Source of the DNA: Eledone cirrhosa
Lineage: Eukaryota
Reading direction: 5' to 3'
Length of the DNA: 64,000 nucleotides
NCBI GenBank assembly: GCA_964016885.1
Contig: CAXHJY010000876.1
Span: 1-64,000 of the forward strand
Part shown: positions 31,650 through 49,160 of the stretch, one piece after another
Position numbering within the stretch: position 1 is the first letter of the stretch
Layout of the letters: the number at the start of each line of letters is the position of its first letter
Made by a program: the position numbers and the translations under genes
Notes under the pieces: model-generated
The model's database searches: none
What the model saw: the letters and a program-made list of their open reading frames with translations, nothing else
What the model was told of the DNA's origin: nothing

Positions 31650-31830
31650 ATGGTGGCTGCCAACTCGTTTTCGAGTACGGCCACTACTTTATATCCATGT
31701 AGAACCCCTACCGATGCGCTGAACGAGTGTGATTTTTAGTCCAGCCAGTGACTTGAAAACTGGTACAAACACTACACTTGTGACAATTATTGACACATAG
31801 TGCTGGGCCCATGGTACCATGGTACATTGA
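31650..31830 (-). mobile_element. 3' fragment of an RTE-derived element with an (ATGT)n tail
   Basis: Homologous to 32280-32460 and 59788-59970. Confidence 0.75.
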
Positions 31831-31845
31831 CCATACATACATACA

Positions 31846-32227
31846 TTGAAAACGTGCTCTGTTGTAGAGATCAGCTGCCCACTTGATGTCAACGTTGTAA
31901 GAAAAATACAAGAGAAGGAGGACATCTACGGATCATTGATGAGGAGTTTGCAGATCCAGTATCCAAGATACACCTTCAGCTTCATACCCATCATTATTGG
32001 AGCTACAGGTTATATACCAACTCGCTTGCACCAAAGTATAGCTGAACTTGGATTTGTGGATAAAGAGCGCAGCCTCCTAATTCATAGACTGCAAATGGCT
32101 GCGATAGCTGGCACCTTCAAAATTTGCAAAACATTCTTGCGATTCAATGAATGACAATTTCTTTTCTTTTACCACCTTGCCACTAGGAAGGTGGCCCGTC
32201 AAAAATGTACTCGAAATTAAGAGAAAC
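31846..32227 (+). mobile_element. 5'-truncated R4/Dong-like LINE (C-terminal restriction-like endonuclease) inserted in (CATA)n
   Basis: Intact frame CSVVEISCPLDVNVVRKIQEKEDIYGSL...FIPIIIGATG...AAIAGTFKICKTFL, stop at 32152-32154, short 3' UTR, and CATA repeats on both sides. Confidence 0.8.
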
Positions 32228-32279
32228 ATACATACATACATACATACATACATACATACATACATACATACATACATAC

Positions 32280-33064
<785 letters not shown>

Positions 33065-33589
33065 TTATCTCGTCCGAAATCTCAAGCTCCTGTAAGTGTA
33101 TTATAAATCGTTATTATGTATTTTATGGTGGGTTGGCAGTATCGGTAGAGGGTCGGACGTTATGCTTTGACGCATAGAATTACGGATCTTTCCATTCTGA
33201 GTTAAAATCCCGCCGAGGTCAACTTTGCCTTTCATCCTTATGGGGTCGATAAAATAAAGTACCAGTAATGTACTGGATAATTGCTGGCCTTGTGCCAAAA
33301 GTAGAAACAATTATGTATTTTATGGGCTCCACAGGTCACTGACATGGCTGCGTGGTTACGAAGTTTGCTATGCAACCACGGGGTTTTACACAAACGCACA
33401 CATACAAACACACATACACCCTCGCGCGCACACACAGACACACACACACAAACACACATACACACACACACCTTATTGGTAGCTATGATTCATAGAACAA
33501 GTAGAACCAGTGGTCCAGTATTTTGTGTGTATATACACACACATATATATATATATGTGCGCGCGCGTGTGTGTGTGTGTATATATGAA

Positions 33590-35420
<1,831 letters not shown>

Positions 35421-35582
35421 GATAACAAAATATCGTTATAGGTAATCCAGTTAGAGGTTATGAATACTTCGTATTATGGATAGTTTTAGCGTACGCGTTG
35501 TTTGACTCAACAAGAGGTTTACGTATGTGGAGAGTTTATGATTTCTCTTGTATTCCTATGTAAGTTTATCTTGGAGTAATAA

Positions 35583-35791
35583 TATTGTAAGAGTGAAGAA
35601 TAACTTGGTCAACAGTACCAAAAAGGGTTTTATTTACAGTCTGACAATTGTTAACAACGTATTAAAAATTGAGTGGCACTGCTTCAAGTGTTCAGCAATT
35701 TTTAGACAACTTAATCAGTGAAACAATTATCAGACTGTAAATAAAACCCTTTTTTGTACTGTTGACCATGTTTTTCTTCACTCTTTCAATA
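35583..35791. mobile_element. Fold-back element related to 60950-61110
   Basis: Inverted arms agagtgaagaa..ggtcaacagtac..cagtctga / tcagactg..gtactgttgacc..ttcttcactct, with a hammerhead 3'-half remnant GAAACAATT(g/a)TC. Confidence 0.7.
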
Positions 35792-35848
35792 TGTTTATAT
35801 ATATATATTCACATATATATATACATGTGTGTGTGTGTGTGTGCGTGC

Positions 35849-35918
<70 letters not shown>

Positions 35919-36279
35919 GCACGCACACACATATCTATATATGCACGCATATTATTTCAAGCTGAAATTACGCACATCTCTTCTATATTTTTTCATGTTT
36001 AACCGATTTTCATAGAATCAATGAAATATATTGAATATGTTTGCATACAATATAAAAAATATATATAAAAAAAAAAATTTCAATATGCATGTTAACAATA
36101 TGAATCCGTTTGATGTAGTTGAAATCTTATTGTAAATACACGTATTGCTTATTAGATAAAAAAATGTTATGAAGTATCATTAATATTATAAAGTTTTTAA
36201 TAGAAATAATATTAAGTTTAACGTCAATTGTACGTATAATTGTACTGCACGGGAATACTGTTATAATGATAATACTTTT

Positions 36280-36284
36280 GTTGT

Positions 36285-36339
<55 letters not shown>

Positions 36340-37112
36340 GTTGTTGCTGTTGCTGTTGTTGTTGTTGTTGTTGTTTGTTTGATGACATTGCTGATGAAGA
36401 CAATGAGAATGATGGTGATCTTGCTGATGATGATGCTGATGATGATGAAGGCAATGAAGTTGATGGTGATGAAGATAATGAGAACGATGCTGATAACGAT
36501 GACGATGATGATGATGATGATGATGATGATAAAGATAATGAGAACGAAGACGATGTTAATGATGGTGATGATGATGATGAAGATAATCAGAACGATGATG
36601 ACGATGATGATGATGATGATGATAATGATGATGATAATGAAGACAATACGAACGATGATGATGTTGATGATGATGATGATGAAGATAATGAGAACGAAGC
36701 TGATGATAATGATGATGATAATGATGATGATGATGATGAAGAACGATGTTAAGGATGATGATGATGATGGCGATGATGATGACGACGATGAAGAGTGATT
36801 ATGATGGTGGAGGGGAGGCGGAGGAGAATAAGGATGTTGATGATGGTAATGATGATGATGATGATGTTGAAGTAGATAATGACGTTGATGAAGAGTGATG
36901 ATGATGATGATGATGATGATGATGTTGAAGTAGATAATGACGTTGATGATGATGATGATGAAGAGTGATGATGATGATGATGTTGAAGTAGATAATGACG
37001 TTGATGATGATGATGATGAAGAGTGATAGTGATGATGATGATGATGGTGAAGAGGAGAGGGATGAGAATAAGAATGTTGATGATGGTAATGATGGCGATG
37101 ATGATGATGATG
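36280..37112. repeat. (CTA)n/(GTT)n/(GAT)n low-complexity array
   Basis: Read directly from the sequence. Confidence 0.9.
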
Positions 37113-37393
37113 GGAACAGTCAGCAGAAAGGTTAAACTACAATATAGAATGAAACAAACTAAATAATATTAAAAAAAAAATAAAATTCAATAAATAAAAT
37201 AAAATTAATTAATTAATGAGAAAGGAATTGTTAAAGTGGAATAATTAGTGAACATGTCTTAAAGACTTCTCTTGGTTAGTTCACTGTGACGTGGTCTCAC
37301 CCCACTCTCTCTTTTTGTGTGTATATATATATATATATGTTTATATATATGTGTGTGTGTATATATATATATATGTGTGTATATATATAAGTA

Positions 37394-37449
<56 letters not shown>

Positions 37450-37465
37450 TACATATATATAAGTA

Positions 37466-37507
<42 letters not shown>

Positions 37508-37526
37508 TACTTATATATATATACAC

Positions 37527-37588
<62 letters not shown>

Positions 37589-37654
37589 CCTTAAGAAAAT
37601 GAATAGATATATATATATATAACCTTAAGAAAATGAATAAAGATATATATACAT

Positions 37655-37710
<56 letters not shown>

Positions 37711-38151
37711 CACACACATGCAAATGATTGTATGTATGTATATATGTATGTGTGTAAGTATGTAAAATTGCTACATCAGAACAATGCCTTTTTCTTATCT
37801 CCCGCCATTAAAAAAAACACCAAATCTTTATGTTCACCATTTCCTAATTCATTGGCACCTTTATACTCTTCCCCTCTCTTTATACTCTCCTCCGCTCTCT
37901 TTATACTCTCTCCTTCTCTCTACCTCTTCACCTGAATGCCCTCTCTCTTTAAACTCCCCTATATCTCTCTACCTCTTTACATGAATGCCCTCTCTCTCTA
38001 CCTCTTTACCTGAATACCCTCTCTCTTTATACTCCCCACCTCCTCTCTCTACCTCTTTACCTGAATGCCTTATATCTTTATGCTCTCTCTCTCTCTCTCT
38101 ACTCTTGCTTCTCTTGCCATATCTTTCACTCACACAATCTCTCTCTGCTCG

Positions 38152-38203
<52 letters not shown>

Positions 38204-38277
38204 ACCCCTCTACATCCCTTGTCTTCTCGCTCTCTGGCACATTTCCTTTTTTTTTTTTTGCATTCTTTCTATATGCA

Positions 38278-38309
<32 letters not shown>

Positions 38310-38310
38310 C

Positions 38311-38441
<131 letters not shown>

Positions 38442-38590
38442 CTCATTCTTTCTTCTTTCCTGTCGTAATGTTAAAGAAATCTTCTAGTTCCTTCTGTCTA
38501 TTTAAAATACTTCGTATATATTTTTTGTTTTGTTTTATGGTATTACTTTAAAGAAACTCTTTGTCGCAAAAGAATACATAGAAATAGCGA

Positions 38591-38638
<48 letters not shown>

Positions 38639-38648
38639 AAAGAGAGAT

Positions 38649-38705
<57 letters not shown>

Positions 38706-39024
38706 CGGAGTGAGAGAGACAGAGAAAAGGTACTTAGAGAAAAGGGGAGAAGAGAGAGAAAGAGAGAGAGAGAGAGGGGGAATTATAGAAAGGTAAGTGT
38801 GGGGATTAATTTAAAGAGAGGGGGGGGGGGAAGGAGGGGAGGAACGGAAGTAGCAGACGATAAGGGCATCGTAAAAAGAAAAAAAAAAAATACAAACCAA
38901 CAATAACAAAAGAATTTGATTAAAACTTATTCAAAGCAGGTATAGTAGCGACGACAACGACAACACTAACAATAACAACAACAATAACAAACACAATAAT
39001 AACGACAACAGTAACAGCAGTAGT

Positions 39025-39055
<31 letters not shown>

Positions 39056-39158
39056 ACTGTAACAGTTACAGCAATGAAAATATCCTTTTATTTACGTACA
39101 ATGTCTTCAGTCGTTGCCCTCTCTCTCTGTTGTCATGGTGATGTATATAGTCATTATA

Positions 39159-39220
<62 letters not shown>

Positions 39221-39247
39221 ATATATATATATATTGTATATATATAT

Positions 39248-39285
<38 letters not shown>

Positions 39286-39430
39286 ATATATATATATATA
39301 TATATATATTGTATATATATATATATATATACATATATATATGCATACATATATGCATATATAAATGTATATATATATATATATATATATTGTATATATA
39401 TATATATATACATATATATGCATACATATA

Positions 39431-39539
<109 letters not shown>

Positions 39540-39618
39540 TATATATATATATTCATATATATGCATATATATATATAATTAGTGCGTGTGTTTTATTGAC
39601 AGTATAGCCCTTCCTAAG

Positions 39619-39661
<43 letters not shown>

Positions 39662-39671
39662 ATATATATAT

Positions 39672-39864
<193 letters not shown>

Positions 39865-40149
39865 TATATATATATACACTATCACCGTTTATATATGAAA
39901 GATATCGTCAATCGGCGATGATATTATATATCTATATGCCTGGCCATTGCTGGAGCAATTTGATTATAAGTTGATTGGTTCAAACCACAACTTTGTCTAA
40001 ACAACAACAACAACACAATAACAACTACAACACAATAACAACTACAACACAAGTCAACAAGCTCGCTGTTGAATCTGCTAGAAATAGCACCCAAAAATGA
40101 ACCATCAAATCACACCCTCATGAACACATTAGATAATGTAGTTCTAAAA

Positions 40150-40540
40150 CAGAGGTTCTCGAAGTGAGTGCTACCCCCCCCCCCCCCCCCCCACACACAC
40201 CACCACCAATTTGGGGAGGGATGGCATTGAGAAGTTCAGGGGGCGCTGGGGTCGTTTCAGGTGGTGCTGAGGTAGATAGAGATGATATAATAGTATATTA
40301 AATATCAAATGATATATATTATATATATCTATTAATATATATTTATATATAATATATATATAATATATATTTATTCATACATAGTATATATTATATTACT
40401 TATTTATTATAAATTAACGATTTTATTTATTATATATTATTTACAATTTGCGTAGGTCTCTCTGGAAATAGAGTTGGAGGTGCTAGTGTATTACGTGGCC
40501 GTGAGGGGGCGGGTTTGTCGATAAAGTTTGCGAACCTCTA
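40150..40540. mobile_element. Non-autonomous hAT DNA transposon (MITE)
   Basis: Termini CAGAGGTTCTCGAA and TTTGCGAACCTCTA, with a perfect 8-bp TSD TTCTAAAA at 40142-40149 and 40541-40548. Confidence 0.88.
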
Positions 40541-41483
40541 TTCTAAAAGATAAACTCTTTCTGAAAAAAAAAAAAAAAAATGCTTTAATGATAGATCTGT
40601 TGGTTCAGGACTGGCCTAGGGCTATAAAACAACAACCTCTACAACAATTACTAATATGTACATTACTTACATACAGAAAATGAATAACATAGCTCAATAA
40701 CCGAGTTTTCGCTCTCTTTTCTTTCTCTCTTTCTCTTCCTCTGAACATCTCTCCTGCTTCCCTTCTTTTTCTTTCTCTTTTTCCTCTACCTCTCTAATTC
40801 TCTCCAGCTTCGCTTCTTTTTTCTTCTTTCTTCTCTCTGTTCCTCCGTCTATATTTCCCTCTCTGGCTCCATCACCTCTTCCTTGTGTCTACTGTCCAGA
40901 CTGGAAGCTGTTGGTTGGCTAGTCTGGTGGTCGGTAGTGATTGATTGTGAAAACAAATATTTACACTGATCAGGAATATAATATAATAAGAGGGTTTTTC
41001 TTCTCTTCGGCGATCGAATGTTTGAAAGTATGGGTGTCATCAACTATTTTTCTTTTTCAATATTATAAAATTAAATCAAATTATTTAACACTACAAGTGA
41101 AGTAATTCTTTCCCTTTTTTTTCAAATATATATATATATATAAACACACACACATCTATGTATGTGTGTGTATCTGTGTCACTGTTTGTCTGTATGTGTG
41201 TTTAGTGCTTAATTAATCCATTGTTTTACGATCGTTTCAAAGGACAAAATGAACTAAGGTTTATATCTATACAACAATGAGTTCTAATGGGGTTATAAGT
41301 CCCACCTTAATTGAGTAGAATATATATATATATATATATATATATACGGTATATATATATATATTATAAAGTAACAGGAGGCTGGACTGGTGTAATTCCT
41401 CAAAAGGTTTATTATACTATGATCATTTCAATGACCGGGTTCAATGGAATGACCAGTTCTATCCAGTGGTGAACCAACTAACC

Positions 41484-41547
<64 letters not shown>

Positions 41548-41846
41548 TGTATGTATGTATGTATGTATGTATATATATATATATGATACACACTCTTTCC
41601 CAGCTTCATCTATTTCCTCCCTACATTTATCCTTATTTCTGTCTTTGAATAAAGGGTGTAACCCGAAATATTATGAAATGACTTTCTTTCACATCTGAGC
41701 TTTACACCACTTATTCTCAATTTTTACCGTAATCTGTCATTTTCGCGCCCTCACTCTACATACGCACACACACACACACAAGCACACACACACACATACA
41801 CACACACAAATATATATATATATATATATGTGTGAGTATGTTTATA

Positions 41847-41883
<37 letters not shown>

Positions 41884-42045
41884 TTATATATATATATGAT
41901 ATATACATATATGATATATATATATATATATATGATATATTATTATATATATTTTATACATATATAACACACACACACACACACACATACAAACACACAC
42001 AAATATATATATATATATATATGTGTGAGTATGTTTATATATATG

Positions 42046-42080
<35 letters not shown>

Positions 42081-42476
42081 GATATATACATATATGATAT
42101 ATATATATATATGATATATTATTATATATATTTTATACATATATAACACACACACATATATATATATATAGAAGCACTATAAAGACTCAAGATATCGCAG
42201 TCAAATTTCCCTAATACTAGACACCCCACCAAACACACCACAGCCCCTCAAAATAAATAAATGAAACAAAACAAGAAATGCATGCTAGATACTGTGGTTT
42301 TGTATATGTTATATGTGGATGGTCACAACTGGAACGCCGTTTGGCATAGGTCTGTGGCTGGATCACGACTGAGCTGGACCTATGCAACAACAATGACAAC
42401 AGCCACAAGAACAACAACAATGAATCTACTTGAACACTGTCACTATCTTTCTCTCTGTCTCTGCCCTTTCTCTTTC

Positions 42477-42890
<414 letters not shown>

Positions 42891-42921
42891 CCTATCTGAT
42901 ATATTAATACATATATATATC

Positions 42922-42953
<32 letters not shown>

Positions 42954-42956
42954 CAT

Positions 42957-43055
<99 letters not shown>

Positions 43056-43121
43056 AAAAAGTTTAACTTTTTCCTATTATCCTAAGTATAGAGTACCTGG
43101 TTCCTTACCACACTTCGTTCG

Positions 43122-43216
<95 letters not shown>

Positions 43217-43330
43217 TTTATCTCGGGTTCAATCGGGGGTAACCACAGTAAGTAAGGTACTCAATACAAAGTCTTGTAGAAGCCTTTTTTATATTAAATA
43301 TTTATATATATATATATATATATATAAATG

Positions 43331-43393
<63 letters not shown>

Positions 43394-44177
43394 TCTTTCT
43401 CTTTATCTCTCTGCTCCGTTCTTTCAATCCATTTATCCCTACCTCCAATCCGTCATTCATACATTCACTCATTCACTCATTCTCTCATTCATTCTGTTCG
43501 TTTATTCTATGCCATCATTCCGTTCTTCTCATTCATTCTGTTCGTTTATTCTATGCCATCATTCCGTTCTTCTTTCCATCCTGTAATCCCCCCACAACTC
43601 TAACCCCCCCCCCCCCCTCTTGCACAGTAATATATATATATACACTTTATTTCTGTTGGTTCCTTCTTTCTCTCTGACTACCGTTTACAGCACTACTGAG
43701 ACTACCTCAATTCACACACACACATACACACACATACACACACATACACATACATACACTCATACATACACGTATACACGCACATACATACACGTATACA
43801 CACACACACATACACGTATATATACACACATACACATACACACGCATACATACACACGCATACACACATTCATACACACATATACATACACACATACACA
43901 TACATGCATACGCACACAGACACACATACATTCACACACAGGCACATATATACACACACATAGGCATACGCATACACACACATATATATATATACATATA
44001 CTCATATACATACACGCACAGGTGTGCGCGTCACAAGACAACAAAGCATTACCTTTGTGTACGTGAGTGCGTGAACACACATACACATACGCACACATAC
44101 ACACACACACTCTCACACATACGTATATATACATATACATATATATATATATATATACCGACAGGGAAAAAACATGC

Positions 44178-44200
44178 ATTTGCATCGCCTGTATATAAAG
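44178..44200 (+). promoter_or_regulatory. Candidate promoter elements of the dioxygenase gene (octamer ATTTGCAT and TATATAAAG box)
   Basis: Both motifs lie in a short non-repetitive island about 370 bp upstream of the ATG. TATA-like words are common in this AT-rich DNA. Confidence 0.25.
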
Positions 44201-44289
44201 CCCTTCTGTGTGTAGCCGACACTCGTATATATACAACCTATACATAATCTTTTCCCAGTACACGCTTATAAACATATATAATATATATT

Positions 44290-44326
<37 letters not shown>

Positions 44327-44343
44327 ACTTTCTTTTTATTTGC

Positions 44344-44394
<51 letters not shown>

Positions 44395-44569
44395 GTAAAC
44401 GGTCATCATTATCCCCTCAACAAACCACCACCACCACCACTTCCACCACGACGACGACGACCACCACCACCACCACCACCACCACCACTTCGACGACCAC
44501 GACCACCACCACGACCACCACCACTACCACCATCACCGTCGCCGCCAATATCACCCAAACAGTAACAAG

Positions 44570-45014
44570 ATGAGTGCCGTTCCGAAGAACCTACGGCAGC
44601 CGGTTCTGTTCCTGAGCCACGGCGGTGGTCCCTCGCTCTTCATGGACGCCAAACAGTATCCGAGTACGGGTGGCATGGACAAACATTCAGACGCCGCCCA
44701 GTTCTTTCGTGAATTGACGCGCACCTACCTGAGGAACCGACCGAAAGCGGTACTGGTGGTCAGTGCTCACTGGTCCGAACAGGTGGCCACGGTGATGGAG
44801 GACAAATCGCACACGCTCTATTACGATTATTACGGATTTCCAGATAATACTTACAACCTAAAGTGGTCGGTATCCGGCGCTCCGGCCGTGGCTGCCCGGG
44901 TCATGCAGCTATTCAAAGCGAAAGGGATTACTTGTAATAATATTCACAGCAGAGGGTTAGATCACGGAGTATTTGTACCATTGAGTCTCATCTGGCCTAG
45001 AGCCAACGTCCCGG
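44570..45014 (+). CDS. DODA: First coding exon of a LigB/DODA-family class III extradiol ring-cleavage dioxygenase (4,5-DOPA dioxygenase / YgiD-like)
   Basis: ATG in aacaagATG context. The translation has the family motifs LFLSHGGGP, VVSAHW, YYDYYGFP and RGLDHGVFVPL..IWP.ANVP. A donor ccgG|gtaaga at 45014/45015 (phase 1) falls where the PVVQLS motif should continue. The remaining exons were not found in the window. Confidence 0.92.
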
Positions 45015-45197
45015 GTAAGAAAAACAAACTATTATTTCACAGTAAAAAATATATTTAATTCATTTATCCATACTATATATATATTTTTTCTCTATCTTTC
45101 TATCTTTCTATCTTTCTATCTTCCTTTCTCTTTCTCCGTTTCTCTCACTCGGCTTCTCTATCTCTCTCACTCTCTCGCTTCATCTATCTATCTATCT

Positions 45198-45339
45198 TGT
45201 GGCGCCTCCCCCCTATTGGGGATTTCGATTGTTGAAATTGTTTGTTTTTATATTTTTTACACGACTGTATGTAAAATCCCCGGCATGTCTTTGTATTGTC
45301 CCCTTTCTTGTTGCGCCCTTGTGGCTAATAAAGAAATCT

Positions 45340-45388
<49 letters not shown>

Positions 45389-45882
45389 ACACGTTTTTAT
45401 TGTATGTAAACTTCCCCCTTTGTATTTGTCCCCTTCTTTTGTGCCCCTGTGGCTAATAAAGAAATATATCTATCTATCTATCTATCTATCAACTGATTTT
45501 TTCAAATACCACTTTGGAAGAAGAATCAGGATGGAGAGAGAGGTGCTGTACCCCAGCAAGTTTTATGAAAGGTGGGTGAAAGTGGCGAGAATGGCCCGAG
45601 TGAATGGGCCTTCTCTCTATATCAGCCTGTAGGTTGAGGAAAAGGAGGATGAGAAGAAAGGAGTACAAACTCTTCGTACTCCTGGAGATGAGGGTTGCAC
45701 ACTTTTTCGGGGGTATGTGTTACCCATATGTAATGTCTCCCCCTATTGGGGAAAATCGACTAACTTTTTAAATTGCATTTGTTATAATATTTTACACGTT
45801 TTTATTGTATGGAAACTTCCCCCTTTGTATTTGTCCCCTTCTTTTGTGCCCCTGTGGCTAATAAAAAAACATATCTATCTTC
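45198..45882 (+). mobile_element. Three consecutive 3' fragments of a LINE (Tx1/L1-like) in (ATCT)n, within the dioxygenase intron
   Basis: The tail ccctgtggctaataaagaaat(atct)n is repeated three times. The longest piece encodes FFKYHFGRRIRMEREVLYPSKFYERWVKVAR. The clade assignment is inference. Confidence 0.55.
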
Positions 45883-46113
45883 AGATATCTATCTTCAGAT
45901 ATCTATCTTTTCTCTCTGTTTCCCCCCCCTCTCTCTCTTTCTCTGTCTCTCTTACTCTAACGCTCTCTCTCTCGCTGACTCTCTCTCTCAATCTCGCGCT
46001 CTCTCTCTCTCTATCTATTTATCTGTCTATATTTGTACGTATATTACAAATGTATATATATATAAGTAGGTACGTATGTATGGATAAAAGCATCATCCAT
46101 ACATGCGCCCGTG

Positions 46114-46186
<73 letters not shown>

Positions 46187-46333
46187 ATTAAAATACTGGA
46201 GCGTGTTGGAGTTAAACACCCTCTTCGTATTATAGAAATGACAGTAAAAGGTATAGCTCAATGTAATTAAACAGAGCCGAAGAATTATGAAAATAAAACA
46301 AAGAAGCCTTCAATACATCAAAAGTCTTTATTA

Positions 46334-46371
46334 GCCAACAATGTTTCGTCCTATTAAGGACTCATCAGGGC
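46334..46371 (-). ncRNA. Minimal hammerhead ribozyme motif, intact
   Basis: Minus strand: gcc CTGATGA gtcc ttaata ggac GAAAC att GTT ggc, followed by AATAAA. Lies in a TA-flanked insert (46184-46385). Confidence 0.88.
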
Positions 46372-46702
46372 AATCAAAACCACAATATATATATATATAT
46401 ATTATATATGTATACATATCTATATATAGATGTATATACATCTAAATATAGATTATACTCATACACATAGTTTGAATGTGTGTATTTGTATGCATACATG
46501 TCTCAATAAACAAATATACAAATATATATATATAGTTGTGTGTGTGTATGGGTGTGTATGTATGTGTGTGTGTATGCGTTTGTGTGTGAGTACTGATCTA
46601 TCTATCCGTAGGTCTATCTCTTAATCGTTCGAATTAATAATAAATGTGTGTGTGTGTGTATAATATATATATATGTGTGTGTATAATATATATCTTTATA
46701 TA

Positions 46703-46756
<54 letters not shown>

Positions 46757-46873
46757 CAAAGAGATATTTAATTTGTTGGTAATTCAACAAATTTATTTTT
46801 AACAGATTCAAAGCACTCGACAAGTTTCCTGATATTAATAAATGGAAACTATATTTATAAAACCATATTTATT

Positions 46874-46927
46874 CTATTATATATATTTCAAGGGTACCAA
46901 AAACTTTGGTACGCTCTCATCAGATAA
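46874..46927 (-). ncRNA. Hammerhead motif, intact core
   Basis: Inverted copy of 47062-47114 with a different loop II. Confidence 0.78.
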
Positions 46928-47061
46928 TATACAAAATTTGTTTCATAAATAGTAACATACCCCAGAAACCAGACCTTATCGGTTCAGGTTCCAAACGGAA
47001 TCTGAACTGATAAGGTCTGGTTTCTGGCGTTTGTTACTATTTATGAAACAAATTTTGTATT

Positions 47062-47114
47062 TTATCTGATGAGAGCGTACCAAATTGTTGGTACCCTTGA
47101 AATATATATAATAG
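47062..47114 (+). ncRNA. Hammerhead motif, intact core
   Basis: ttat CTGATGA gagc gtaccaa attg ttggtac cctt GAAAT atat ATA atag. Confidence 0.8.
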
Positions 47115-47182
47115 AATAAATATGGTTTTATAAATATAGTTTCCATTTATTAATATCATTGATATATATATATAATATATAT

Positions 47183-47271
<89 letters not shown>

Positions 47272-47414
47272 ATATATTATATATATATATATTATATATA
47301 TATATATTATATATATATATATTATATATATATATATTATATATATATATATTATATATATATATATTATATATATATATATTATATATATATATATTAT
47401 ATATATATATATTA

Positions 47415-47470
<56 letters not shown>

Positions 47471-47695
47471 ATATAATATATATATATATACAATGAACAC
47501 TTGTAGAGACCTATAAATACCATACTTATTTTTTGATACCCAGATTCCTGATGATTTCTAAAGAATGAAACAGTTCTAGTCCTGTAGAATCTCATCTATA
47601 TTAAAACTTTTATACTCTGCAATGTATTGAGTACCTTACTTACTGTGGTTACCTCCGATTCAACCCGGAATAACGTACATATAATATATATATAT

Positions 47696-47937
47696 ATATA
47701 ACTGAACAAAAAAGAAAAACGAACACAGACATATACATATATGTGTTCAAATCGTAAGGGACCAGATTCGCTAAGGTGAAGAGACTCACTATAGACAATA
47801 GGGTTTGCCAAATTGAGTCTGGCAAACCCCATTGTCTATAGTTAGTAGTCTCTTCACCTTAGCGAATCTGGTCCCTTACGATTTGAACACATATATGTAT
47901 ATGTCTGTGTTCGTTTTTCTTTTTTGTTCAGTTATAT
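47696..47937. mobile_element. Fold-back palindrome (axis ~47815) abutting (TA)n
   Basis: Near-perfect arms of about 115 bp. No hammerhead core was recognised. Confidence 0.75.
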
Positions 47938-48027
47938 TAGACGACTCGGAAAAATCTCTTTCCTAGAGCTAATTCATTGTAAGAGACTATTTTGAGTTCT
48001 AACTCAATATATGCCTTATATATACAT

Positions 48028-48304
48028 ATATTAATAAAAGGAATTCCAACTTTGTCTGATTTACTCGTTTTAATTACAATCCTTTAAAATTTATAATGGT
48101 ATTAGAATGAAATAGTATGGTAGAATATTATATGTTAATTGTTAATTGAACAAGTACTTTCATGCGCAATCTTCAGGTTCATATTCTGTGGTGACAGTCA
48201 AGTTTGCAATTTTCAACTATTTTATTCTAATACCATTACAAATTTTAAAGGATTGTAAATAAAACGAGTAAATCAGACAAAGTTGGAATTCCCTTTATTA
48301 ATAT
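48028..48304. mobile_element. Fold-back element with ~90-bp arms and a ~100-bp spacer
   Basis: Arms ~48028-48116 and ~48216-48304; the spacer holds a hammerhead motif. Confidence 0.75.
48147..48181 (-). ncRNA. Ultra-minimal hammerhead motif
   Basis: Minus strand: tgaac CTGAAGA t tgcgca t GAAAG ta CTT gttca. Helix I is 5 bp. Confidence 0.65.
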
Positions 48305-48332
48305 AATCTTCTATACACAATCATACACACCC

Positions 48333-48378
<46 letters not shown>

Positions 48379-48406
48379 TATATATATTATACACGCACAC
48401 ACACAT

Positions 48407-48456
<50 letters not shown>

Positions 48457-48668
48457 TTATATGTATGTAACATAGATGTATAATATAAATGTATAACAGA
48501 CATGCATTTACACATACATGTTTAAGTGTATGATAATTGTATAGTGTGTTAATCTATTTGATATGTACTTAAATATTTATATATGTATATACATTGTATA
48601 TGCATATGTATGTGTATATATTTACGTAATGTATATGTGCTAGCTTATAAAATATATCAGAATGTACA

Positions 48669-48721
<53 letters not shown>

Positions 48722-48931
48722 TTCAAGAGTAACCAATCTTAAAGAGAGAGATGGAGATAGGAGACGAGATAGGAGAGGAAAGATTGTATATATATGAATA
48801 TATATGTATATATATGAATATATATGTATATATATGAATATATATGTATATATATGAATATATATGTATATATATGAAAAGATTCATGACCCCTACGGCT
48901 GAGCTCCGGCCGTTTCGATAGCTAGATCCGA

Positions 48932-49008
<77 letters not shown>

Positions 49009-49039
49009 CATTCATTATTATTACGACTAAAAAGTCATA

Positions 49040-49160
<121 letters not shown>

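Larger units (their letters stand above)
46755..47160. mobile_element. Penelope-like fold-back element (arms 46830-46992 and 46997-47158) in (TA)n
   Basis: Near-perfect palindrome with a 4-nt loop and a hammerhead in both arms. Confidence 0.85.

Noticed and set aside
36375-36798. Asp-rich biomineralisation-type protein
   Set aside because: A (GAT)n derivative with stops appearing in continuing repeats and no exon boundaries.
44570-45058. Bacterial contamination, or a complete 162-aa gene
   Set aside because: Homology ends at a canonical donor, the last residues of the ORF are intronic, and the exon is embedded in host microsatellites.
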